A stretch of 64,000 nucleotides of DNA. Source: Somniosus microcephalus. Lineage: Eukaryota. Below are positions 1 through 11,147 of the stretch, piece after piece. The notes below the pieces were generated by a model, which made no database searches, was not told the DNA's origin, and worked only from the letters and a program-made list of their open reading frames with translations. The position numbers and the translations under genes were made by a program. The stretch covers positions 42,346,001-42,410,000 of the forward strand of contig CM126229.1 in NCBI GenBank assembly GCA_052327205.1, read 5' to 3'. Each line of letters begins with the position of its first letter. The first letter of the stretch is position 1.

Positions 1-91
1 ACACGCCTTTGATGTTTTTCTACATTAAAGTTGATAACAAATGAAATCTGTCGTTTAAAAAAAAAAAATGTAAATTTAAGAGTTCACTTAC

Positions 92-164
92 CACAGCGCT
101 AACCCCATAGGTGGGAGCAGGAGCGAGTGTGTGATAGGGGTCTGCAGTGTAAACACGCCCATAG
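92..164 (-). CDS. RBFOX2: RBFOX2 penultimate coding exon (S-YGRVYTADPYHTLAPAPTYGVSAV), 73 nt
   Basis: TTTTGCAG|CT acceptor, GTG|GTAAGT donor, conserved peptide. The last exon lies beyond the window start. Confidence 0.95.
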
Positions 165-1689
165 CTGCAAAAAGACAAGAAATTCATTTGAAATATAAAA
201 GCAGAAATGCTTTGCCTTGGCAGTACCGAACCAAAAATAAAAAACAGCAAGATCCCAGGTTTCCTCTTCATTTTGTGCTAATGTTCGCTCTCAAAGAGCA
301 GTGGTGGGGCATTCTACAACTGGTCTCAGCACTCTGGCTTGGCAGGAAATTCAGGCAAAGTTCCTGCTCTTGACTGCGATCCAGCAAGCTTGCTGGAAGG
401 CATAAATACTGACTGAGGAGGAGACTGGGCACAGGTTTTATGCCTCACAGTAGAAAAGCCTGCTGACAGGCTACCCATGAAGAATGACTACTTAGTGAGG
501 TCCCAGATGGCACGAATGCCTATTAAATTCAGCTCGAGTCACCATCATCGAGAGAGAAAATTCTTCTCTCCCCCACAAGTAATCAGTCCAATTGAGCCAC
601 TGTTAGACTGACTCATCCCAGTGAAAAGTCACCTTCATTCTTTGAATCTAGAGCATCCGCCACATACCATTAAGATTGAACCAATGCATCAGTTCAGGTA
701 CAAGGAAAATCATTTGAGGCATTTACATCCATGATGCAATGACAAGACGACATTATCCTCCCAAACCCTACCCTTCCCCAAGCTCTATATGCCATGTGCA
801 TACTGCAAAATGAATCCAAGGAGCTGGCTAGCCAGGCAACACAGTAAGGAACCCCCTCCAAAAAAGAGCCGATGGAGACGACAGGGTGGGTTTGTTCTAT
901 GTGAAAGCTTCAAAGAATGATATGACTCTTCGGGATAGGTAATCTGTCTTTCTTCACATATCAAATTTCCACATATCACTGAAAAGTGAGCCAGTAGCAA
1001 CTCACTGAGGGAGGCCTTTAGGCCTAGATTAATGCCTGCAGCCAGCAGTGACCTGCTAAGCTGTAAATCATCCTCGACAGACAGGTCCAAACAATAGTGC
1101 TTTGTAAAGGTATGCAAGTTACTTCAAGCAGTTGCTTTATAAATACTTTCAACCAAGACTCGTTTGAAATGTACCCAAGTCACAGCTGAACTCATAGAAT
1201 AGCTCTTGACCAAACTGGAAGGCTTTCTATCTGCAAGCTGCAAGATGATAACAGTAAAGAATACATTGCACCATTCACTTAGATAGTTTCTGTATGGAGA
1301 TGGCTTTTCCTACTGTCTGAAGACAGATTACAAAGAATTAGCAAGATTTTGGCGCACATATGCAGATAACAAAAAGCTATACAGGCTTCCAGTCAAAACT
1401 GTGTTCCACCTCAGAAATCCGAGGTGGCAGGTAAAGCGTTAGAATTGGGGAAAGAAACCCAAGATAAAAATGGAGTTCACTTATATAGTTGCACCAAATC
1501 AGGTAGGGTTGTTTCACCATCAGTGCCTGCAATGCATTCATGCTTTTAGCTTAAACCAATTTGGTATCATATACTTTTCCACTCTAAAGATCTCTGTTCA
1601 TGTGGCTCAAATTTCTAAATGTGGGAGTACAATGAGAAAACGTCATTAAAAAAGCAAATAGGATTCTGGATTTTATTTATATAGGTGTG

Positions 1690-2460
1690 TTTGCATTGAA
1701 TTGAATATAAAAACAAGGAAGTGATGTTAAATTTTATTGTCTGATTAAGTTTGTGAAGTGCCTCGGTAGTTTTTTTTTACATTAAACATGCTATATAAAT
1801 GCGAGTTGTTGTTGAATTTGTACAAGACATTGGTTAGACTACAGTTGGTGCACTGTATGCATTTCTGGGCACCCCAATATAGGAAGGATAGAATCATTGA
1901 AAGGATACAGTAAAGATTAACCAGAATATCAGGAAAGAAAGTTTATATAATTATAAAGGCTCAAAAAAATTAGAGCTTTTTCCACTAGAATGATGATGAT
2001 TAAGGGAGAATTATAGAGGTTTCAAAGTATGAAAGATTTGAGAGGTTAAATAGTGAAAGAATATTTGCTCTGGCTGGCAAATCAGTAACAACGAGGCATA
2101 AACTGAGGAATATCATGAAAAGACAGACCTGCATTTATACAGCACCTTTCACGACCACTGGACGTCTCAAAGCACTTTACAGTCAATGAAGTACTTTCTG
2201 CAGTGTAGTCACTGTTGTAATGTGACATCATCAGAGGGGGGGGGGGGTTTAGAAGGTTTTCTCCACCCCCCCCCCCCCAAAGAGGGCTATAGAACATGGA
2301 ATATAGTACTACAAAGGGCTATTAGGGCAGAGACCCTGAAGTAAGTATTTGAAAAGAAAGAATATGAAAGAATTGGGAGAAACTGCTCAGAGAACACAGC
2401 TCCAGTTAAAGTGCTAGTATTAGCAGATACCTGGGGCTGAATGGCCTCAGTCTGTATTGC
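1690..2460 (+). mobile_element. Old CR1 3' fragment interrupted by L2/SINE tails
   Basis: LYKTLVR..FWAPQYRKD-like sequence and GCTGAATGGCCT end. Confidence 0.65.
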
Positions 2461-3898
2461 AATTTATATTATTCCCGGAGAGGCAGATCGATGTGCGAAG
2501 GACCAGACTAAAATCACAAGCAGTAATTGGGAGAATAAATTATTTTTCACAATCATGAAGGCCAAGAAGTGATGGAAAGCTTCCTTTTAAAACAGCACCT
2601 TTCTGTAATAAGGTCCATGCCTTGGCTAAAGGACAATCTGAAAGGGAGCCTTGAGGTTGACTGTATCCAGTCAATCTCCTGGCAAATTGCCCAAGTAACT
2701 TGTGGCATATAAATGACTTGAAGTGCTCCTTTTGAGAAATGCCTGAAGAAATCCTCTGTCCAGGATAGTGGAAACAGTTAAGTTCCCTAAGACCACAAAA
2801 TAGCACGAGTAAAACTTTCCTTCCCCATTGTCTGGCAGCTCTCCTGTTGCTGCTGCAGCCAACAAACCATCTCAGCAGCGAGGATGGTTTCCAAGAAATC
2901 CTAACAGATGCTTCTCTTGATTTTCACCTCAAAGTAGACTGGATTAACATGTGAAGTTTCTCTGACCCAAACATATCACAATCTCCTCCTAAATAGTGCA
3001 GAAAGCTGGACAGTCATCCACCGTGGCCCCAGTGGGGCAGTAGGGAGAAGTCGCTATTGGAGTGTCGGGGAAAGACTACCTAAAAGAGGATTTTTTAAAT
3101 TGCCTGCATGGTTTGATCTTTGCTCAGATTTTCAGATCCTGGATACATGCAGGTGCCATAGAACAAGCCACTGAAGTACATAATACTGCCTGCCTGGCGT
3201 GCGGGTGGATGGGGCTAGGACTATCCCAAGAAGCCATTCCTGGCTAGATGCAAGGCTTTGCTAGTGGCATTTATAACCTTCCAACTGCTCTTTAACTTGC
3301 TCACTAAACAGGCCCCATCACAGGATACTCACCATTAAGACTCATGCATGAATAATGGTTACTTGAGAAAGGCATTGGAATGCTTGCTGCCTGTGAAACC
3401 ATATCCCAGTGAGCAGTAAGAGGAAGTAGGGGAGAAAAACTGTCAGAAAACCGTTGAGAGAAATAACACATCTTAAACAGACCTTCATCCCTCCTGAATT
3501 TTTTTTTGTTTCCTTGTCTCCGATCTGACAGTCATTTCATTCTAGTGGTTATGTGGAGGATGAAGAATGACACTGTCTCCAGGATAATGTGCAATGTTGG
3601 CGGTTCAATCACTAATGGATAATCCATACAAAGCACTCTCAGTAACGCAGCCTACATTACAACAACCTTTGATAAATCTCAGTCTCAGAAATGATGCATG
3701 CTGTTTATGGCTCCGGAGCAGAGAACCTCTACATTGGAAAGTCCACAGTGAGCAAGTGTAGGATGGAGCTGCACAGTGAAGTCACCCTGTAAAGAGAGCA
3801 CACCACCAAAACAAAGATTCGACACCCTTTCCTGCTAAAATGAACACTGCAGAAGCAGACAGTGAGAAGGGTGAGAGATGGGTCGGCCTGATTCTTAC

Positions 3899-3963
3899 CT
3901 GTCACTGTATGCAGTTGCAGTAGCAGTTGCTGGTTGTGCATACCTGTAGGCTGCATATCCACC
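3899..3963 (-). CDS. RBFOX2: RBFOX2 exon (GGYAAYRYAQPATATATAYSD-S), 65 nt
   Basis: CCCAG|GGT acceptor, CAG|GTAAGA donor, conserved GGYAAYRYAQP. Confidence 0.95.
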
Positions 3964-5829
3964 CTGGGAACAAACAAGAAGATGCCTAAGAATTCTGCAA
4001 CATTCTCACACCTCACACCAAAGCAATGGCAAAAACTGCATTTGTTTCATATATTGCAAATTTTTAAGTAAAAATTGATGCACGCACCATTCATCATTAG
4101 CACTGCAGATTTTAAACTTTTTGTTTTGTAGAATAGCATAAAAATTTATATAGTGGGAGCTGACCATCTAATTCTCGAAGCGTTAAGTCCAAAGATTTAG
4201 ACAGAGGCTGCCAACTGCAATTAGCCTGACTCTTTGTTGACAGCCCACCATCTCACTGCTGTGCAACTAACCCAGGTCTCAGCCCCCTTCACTCAAGGGT
4301 CCCCACTGACAGGCGCCTTTCCCCCCCAACTCACCATCGTGCAAATAACTCGGGTCTCTGCTGACCTTGCACGCTCCTCACCATTGTGAAACAAACACTG
4401 GTCCTGGTTGGCACCTTTACGGTTTGCCACTGGCTGTTGCCCGTGATCCCTTCTTCGCGGACTATAGGTAAAGCAGACCCTTCAGGTAAATGAGCTCCTC
4501 CTACCAGCTAAGCTAGCAAGTAAAATATGGACTGATGGTGAGAAGGAAGACTGAGTGTTGCCAATCCCACTGGGATGCAAATAGGTAAAGCAGAAATCAA
4601 GAGAAAGGGATCAGTTTTAAATTTCCAATTCTCTCCCCACCCCCCTCGCCCCCTCCCCTATCTCTCCACAGGGCACAGTTCCAAGGTAGGCGCATCCCTC
4701 CGGTACCTCACCCAACTGGTCAATCCTCAATGAAGTGAGCCAGTGAGTGTCAGTATGCCAAGTGTAGTTGCCTTCTCCGCCATTCTACCCGATATCAGCT
4801 AACAGCACAAACAGAGCGTGTATATGTGGCTTTGCCGACAGAGCTATTGGGGGGTGGGGAAAAAGTGCTGTTTATTGAACAGGAAATCTCTAACAGATGT
4901 GCAAAACTAGAGCAGATTTTGAACCCTGCGAAGAATTTTTTTAAATAGCATTGCCAAACTGAATTGATGTATAATTGCCTCTGTAGCCCAAGTATGTTAG
5001 ATTACATTAAAACAAATGCAGTTTTTTTTTAAAAATTGCATGTAAGTACAAATGAGTCTTTATTTTCTAAACAGTCAAGCTGTGGTATCTGTCAATCAGG
5101 AGAAATCGGAGCATGCGAATGTCCGAATCTACAGCACTAGCAATCACCAACCAAATGATCCACAGCTAACTCTGGCCGTCCCAGCATTCTCCAAAGGACG
5201 GCCCTCAGCCCTATTCGCTATGGCAAGCCGAGTGAAGGAAACAGCCTGGATTACTAGAGCGTGCAGCCACGATTCTCAGTATTATATATATAAAAATGTA
5301 TATATGAAAATATAATAAACATTCACGATCACCATTCACTCATTGCAGCCTCTCCCGCATACCCAAGAGGTTAACGTTCACGTCAAGCAAACCACATTAA
5401 AAGTTCTCGCTGCAGTTAGAGGTGGGAGCGGAGATACTAACCAAACTCTATAGCATTATCAGGTATCTATGGAGAACAGATTGCTTCAAGTAGCAGCTGC
5501 CTGCTGGGAATGATTCTTTTAACACAGTTTTATTACTGACCAGCAAAACGGGAAAAAGCAGCTAATTTTTAATGAAATGGCAGTATCCAACATTAATCAT
5601 CCCACCTGCACAATTATGTTGTATAAAATGTTTTAATTTATCTTTAACGTGAATCCTATGAGTGGCAGGTTCCACTGGAAAGTATATCCCACAGTAGATT
5701 GTAACTGTAGTGTATGATCAGAGGAGTCGATCATGTAGCAGCCTCAGCTGTATTCGCTGAGCAAGTTTTGCCACTCTGGTAGAAAATGGTGCTGTATTAC
5801 ACTTGCCAGATATCCGCTCTTACTTCAAG

Positions 5830-6125
5830 GGGAGTAGTACATAAAGAGAAACGGTTTCCAATGGCTGAAAGGTCGATAATGAGAGGGCACAGGTTTAAAG
5901 TGATTGGCAAAAGAACCAGAGGCGACATGAGGGGAAACCTTTTTTACGCAGCGAGTGGTTAGGATTGGGAATGCGCTGCCTGATGGGGTGGTGGATACAG
6001 ATTTAATAGTAGCCTTCAAAAGGGAATTGGATAAATACTTGGGAGAAAAAATTGCAGGGATATGGGGAAAGAGCCGGGAGTGGGACTGACTGGATTGCTC
6101 TTCGCAGACTTAATGGGCCAAATGG
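5830..6125 (+). mobile_element. CR1 3' fragment
   Basis: RGH..FFTQRVVRIGNALP...GYGERAG-like sequence. Confidence 0.8.
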
Positions 6126-7494
6126 CAGAATTAAGGGATTTTTTAAATCCACATATATAACTAAAATATGTAACAATTCAGACCTGTATCATTACCAGGG
6201 CCACTGTTCTACATCAATAAATCAAATTCTGTTTTTATTAGATCAGATTCTGGAAATTTTACCAGTGTTTTGGGGATTACATTCTGCAAATGCATCTCCA
6301 TGAAAACAGCAAATCAGTGGCCTTGAACATTCCTTACACAGGCTGCGGAGGAAGACTGATCAGATTGCAACAATTCTACCTGAACTGCATTTAAATATTT
6401 ATTGTATATTAACAAGAAATAGCTAAACATCTGCTGAAGTTAGCCACATCTAGTGCAGTGAAACAAGAATTAATGGGAAAGGATGGTGTGTTTATGCCAT
6501 GATGCACTGGAGTGAATGAAAGTGACTTGGTTCATTGGAATTCAATGCTTGGATCCCATTAGGTTTTATCTACACGCTCCTGCATGATTAATGTACTGCA
6601 GGCTGGTTTCACATTTCCCACTGATATTGCTTCCACTCATAAAAGGAGAATTTTTATCACCTCGTTCATCTCTCTTATTACAGACATGTGCCCTTAAAGA
6701 TTTCTTCCAAGCCCCACTGTAAACAAGGCTATTATAATTCTCTCTTTTCTGTGGCTGCCTGAGACCCTGATATTCCAGTCTTTCAGCAGCCTGCTGGCAT
6801 GGCTTTTGGGCAGCATTTAAACAGCCATTCGCGTCTGCAACCAGGTGAGAAAGGGAAAAAAGGTTGAAGGGCGAGTCACCCTGGACCTTTTTTTTACGCA
6901 GTCCCTACTGCACAGGTTCCCAGTGGGGTTGCCAGAAATCTGGAAGAAAACAAGTCACTTTCTTATTGACCTCGTGGTCATGGAATGGGGTGTGGCTGAG
7001 AAATTCTTGCAAAAAATTTTTTTTTTGTTTAAAAAAAAAATCTCCTACTCATGCTGACTAAATAAGGCGATCGTCTTGAGTGCCAAGCTATGGTAGAACA
7101 CTGTTCTTTCACCTTGGCTATCCAGATCCCCATTCCACCAACAGATGAGATGAAAGTAATTTCTCATGGCATTGCACGGTTACACTAACCTTTAATCAGA
7201 CTGACAGAATGAGACCCTCTCCTTCACAGCTCTTTTAATGATTCAAAGTGAAATGTGTTGAGTCAGTAACAGGCACAACCCCACACTATAAACCTACCAA
7301 TTATATTCAGTAGTAGGATTTTTTCCCCCCCAAGTTTGTGTTAATCTGATGCTGAAATTAGTGCACGCTGCAGGAATGTTTCATCTCCATTTGGTGCCTG
7401 CTCCCATCCCTAACTGCAGTCTTGGCTGTTAGTAGGATTTTTCACTGCAATCCACAATCTGTGCGATTGGTCTCTTCACACGTTTCTATCATAC

Positions 7495-7537
7495 CTGCGG
7501 TAACTTACTGCTATACACTGGTTCCTGATACACTATT
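7495..7537 (-). CDS. RBFOX2: RBFOX2 mutually exclusive muscle-type exon M43 (IVYQEPVYSSKLPQ), 43 nt
   Basis: TTATAG|AA acceptor, CAG|GTATGA donor. It is 43 nt with an M43-like xVxQEP...K.PQ peptide. Confidence 0.9.
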
Positions 7538-8322
7538 CTATAACAAAACACAGGGAAGAACATTGGCGACGAGGCTGGAAAAGAAACAACTGAAAAGAGA
7601 CAGACCCTCCTCGGATAAAGCCATTCTATTATTGGAGGATGCTTTACACTGATGAACCTTTAACACTAGATTTAATAAAGAGACATTCACAGGCTGTACA
7701 ACTACACACGTTGAAATGATTGAACACTCGTTAAATTTACTCTCAGCACCTGTCTACATTTCTTTTGCCAACTGTCTTCAGTTTCCATTTACAGATCAAA
7801 GGTGATGGATTTGATTTCAAAGTCAATGCACACGCCATACACCAGCATTCCTCAGTAAACATTTCAGCTCAATTTAAAATTAAAATTAAAAAGGACAAAA
7901 GAGTTGGTGAGCAATACTACAAGCCTTAACAACTGTTTCATCAAGGTTTTCCTTACAGCCCAGAATCCGTGCAGCAAAGGTCAACTTTACTCAATACATT
8001 CTTTTTGACATCATTGCTTTTGCATGATATCCCAAAAGAAACTCCATTACCTCCAGTGTGTAACGCTTGAAAGGTTCAGGACACTATACTGTAAATAACA
8101 GCAAATGAGCATGACTTTTCTGTTGACAAAGCTTAAACAAACTACACAACTGAGGGGACTGGTGTCTCAAATTTACATAACTGGACGATGAGGCCGGGTA
8201 ACAAGAAATTAACACCTGCCAGATGTGGAAAAATACACAGCTGGAGGAAGTATTAGCATACTGGTTTAAAGAATGGCTTCATCAACAGAAGGGAGACAGT
8301 GTAAAATAGTGTTTATACTTAC

Positions 8323-8362
8323 ATAGAGATCGGCACCATAAAATCCATCCTGGTAAACCACA
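8323..8362 (-). CDS. RBFOX2: RBFOX2 mutually exclusive exon B40 (VVYQDGFYGADLY), 40 nt
   Basis: CTGCAG|TG acceptor, TAT|GTAAGT donor. Exact size and peptide of B40. Confidence 0.95.
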
Positions 8363-8879
8363 CTGCAGAGATGCACACAGAAACACTCTCATTACTGCAA
8401 TTCCAACATGCAGGGGCTAATAAAGGCAAGGTTTGTCACAAGAATTCCCGAGTGCCCAAATCTCCACCAGAAATCTTTCATAGTTTGAAAGCAAGTGTTT
8501 ATTTCAAAATATGTAATACGTCCTTTTCAGGCCATATTTCCTACTAAATCATACTGCCATTTTGGAGGCAGTTGCTATTTCTGTGCATCCAGCTGCACAG
8601 TCAATAGAGGGCTAGGCCACAGAGTTACAAGATATAACCTGGCAGTCCCAATACTCTTCAGCTAGGTGAGCCACCTAATCACTATTCAACTGTGGAGGGC
8701 ATCATAGCCAAGCCCTCTTGGTCAGGAAAGAGGGTGTGAAATTGAAACAAGAACTTGAGGAAATGTAAAGGTGTTTTTCCATTTACTCGGTTTCTGTTTC
8801 TCTGTGGGCTACGCCCCCTGTTACAGCCTGTACTGGGAGTCGGGCTCAGCCATCGAGCTTGGCTGTGCGGTATAATAGA

Positions 8880-9510
8880 AATCAACAAACAGTAATCAAA
8901 AAGTCTGATGGAATGTTGGCCTTTATCGCGGGGGCTGGAATACAAAGGGGAGGAAGCGATGCTTCAGCTCTAGAGCCTGGGTCAGACCCCACCTGGAGTA
9001 ACTGCGTTCAGTTCTGTGCTCCGCACCTCAGGAAGGATAGATTGGCCTTGCAGGGGGAGCAGCGCAGATTCACCAGAATGATACCGGGGCTAAAAGGGTT
9101 AAATTATGAGGACAGGTTACATTCATTTGGCTTGTATTCCCTCAAGTTTAGAAAGTTAAGGGACAATCAAATTAAGTTGTTTAAAAGGATAAAAAGATTC
9201 GATAGAGTAGAGAGAAAAACTATTTCTTGCATAATTTTAAAATGAGAGCTAGGTCATTTAGGAGCTAAATCAGGAAGCACTTTTTCATACAATCGGTAGA
9301 GGAAATCTGAAACTCACTCCGCCATATGGCTGTGGCTGGATGTTGGGTCAACTGAAATTTTCAAATCATTTTATATCGACTTTTGTTAGGTAAGGATATC
9401 AAAGGATATTGAACAAAGACAGGACAATGGAGTTGAGGTACAGATCAGCCATAATCTAATGGAATGGTGGAGCAGGCTCGAGGCTGAATGGCCTCCTCCT
9501 GTTCCTATGT
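8880..9510 (+). mobile_element. CR1 3' fragment
   Basis: CVQFCAPHLRKD...RRFTRMIPGL and GAATGGCCTCCTCCTGTTCCTATGT end. Confidence 0.85.
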
Positions 9511-9597
9511 AACAGAGCAAACAATGGGACCAGGTCTCCTTTTCTTTACTCCAAGTGGAGGCTTTAATCAGACAACAGATTCATAGGCCCACATAGG

Positions 9598-9967
9598 CTG
9601 ACCTGGGAGTGGAGTGAGCAGCGACGCCCGACCAGGGCGGACCTGCGTGAGGTACAAGCAGCGCAGCAACTTTAAAAGGAGGGGCGAGGCGAGGCCCGAC
9701 CACAGCGACTGACCTGGGAGTGGAGTGAGCAGCGACGCCTGACCAGAGCGGACCTGCGTGAGGTACAAGCAGCGCGGCAACTTTAAAAGGAGGGGCGAGG
9801 CGAGTCCCGACCACAGCGACTGACCTGGGAGTGGAGTGAGCAGCGACGCCCGACCAGAGCGGACCTGCGTGAGGTACAAGCAGCGCGGCAACTTTAAAAG
9901 GAGGGGCGAGGCGAGGCCCGACCACAGCGGCTGACCTGGGAGTGGAGTGAGCAGCGACGCCCGACCA
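9598..9967 (+). repeat. 111-bp tandem repeat, about 3.3 copies, forming the CR1 5'UTR
   Basis: CTGACCTGGGAGTGGAG starts at 9598, 9709, 9820 and 9931. Confidence 0.93.
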
Positions 9968-10196
9968 ATTCAACAGCAGGGGAGAGAGGTAAAAAGTAAT
10001 CAAAGTGTGATGTCACCAGGAAGCAGGTAAGTGATTGGTTGGTGAGTATTTCTCTCTTTTTTTAAACTTTAACTCTGTTTTATAGTTTCTAAGGTCTCTC
10101 TAGTGTAGCAGGGACTGTTGGTAAACCAGTTAACTGTAGTGTAATTAGTGGGATTGATTGATTTAATTGAAATTCAATTAATTAAAAGGGTAAGTC

Positions 10197-11147
10197 ATGG
10201 CAGGACAGTTGGGCCCTGTGATCTGCTCCTCCTGCGAAATGTGGGAACTCAGGGACACTTCCTGTGTCCCTGACAACTACATGTGCAGGAAGTGCATCCA
10301 GCTGCAGCTACTGACAGACCGCATTGCGGCGCTGGAGCTGCGATTGGATACATACTGGAGCGTTCACGATGCTCAGGACATCGTGAATAGCACATTTACG
10401 GAGTTGGACACACCGCAGGTGGAGGTTGGACAGGAAGAAAGGGAACGGGTGACCAACAGGCAGAGTACTAGGCGCAGGCAGGTAGTGCAGGGGTCCCCTG
10501 TGGCCATCCCCCTCCCCAACAGATACTCCACTTTGAGTACTGTTGGGGGGGATGGCTTATCAGAAGAAGGCAGCAGCAGCCAACTTCCTGGCACCAGGGG
10601 TGGCTCTGCTGCACAGAATGGGAGGAAAAAGAGGGGTAGAGCTATAGTAATAGGGGATTCAATTGTAAGGGGAATAGATAGGCGTTTCTGCGGCCGCAAA
10701 CGAGACTCCAGGATGGTGTGTTGCCTCCCTGGTGCAAGGGTCAAGGATGTCTCCGAGCGGCTGCAGAACATCTTGGAAGGGGAGGGTGAACAGCCAGTTG
10801 TCGTGGTGCATATAGGCACCAACGATATAGGTAAAAAGCGGGAGGAGGTCCTAAAAGCGGAATATAGGGAGTTAGGAGATAAATTAAAAAACAGGACCTC
10901 AGAGGTAGTAATCTCAGGATTGCTACCAGTGCCACGTGCTAGTCAGAGTAGAAATAGAAGGATACTTCAGATGAATACGTGGCTAGAGGAATGGTGCCAG
11001 GGGGAGGGATTGAAGTTCCTGGGACATTGGAACCGGTTCTGGGGGAGGTGGGACCAGTTCAAACCGGACGGTTTGCACCTGGGCAGGGCTGGAACCGATG
11101 TCCTAGGGGGAGTGTTTGCTAGTGCTGTGGGGGAGGGTTTAAACTAA
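10197..11147 (+). CDS. CR1 ORF1p: CxxC...CxxC zinc finger, coiled coil and SGNH/GDSL esterase domain
   Basis: CSSC..CRKC, GDSIVR, HIGTND and DGLH motifs. Intact 316-aa ORF. Confidence 0.92.
   Translation: MAGQLGPVICSSCEMWELRDTSCVPDNYMCRKCIQLQLLTDRIAALELRLDTYWSVHDAQDIVNSTFTELDTPQVEVGQEERERVTNRQSTRRRQVVQGSPVAIPLPNRYSTLSTVGGDGLSEEGSSSQLPGTRGGSAAQNGRKKRGRAIVIGDSIVRGIDRRFCGRKRDSRMVCCLPGARVKDVSERLQNILEGEGEQPVVVVHIGTNDIGKKREEVLKAEYRELGDKLKNRTSEVVISGLLPVPRASQSRNRRILQMNTWLEEWCQGEGLKFLGHWNRFWGRWDQFKPDGLHLGRAGTDVLGGVFASAVGEGLN

Noticed and set aside
3964-7494. Homologue of the mammalian RBFOX2 32-nt frameshifting exon
   Set aside because: I found no convincing match by eye, though it could have been missed.
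9568-10003. Minus-strand ORFs with 37-aa repeats
   Set aside because: They are antisense readings of the 111-bp CR1 5'UTR monomers.
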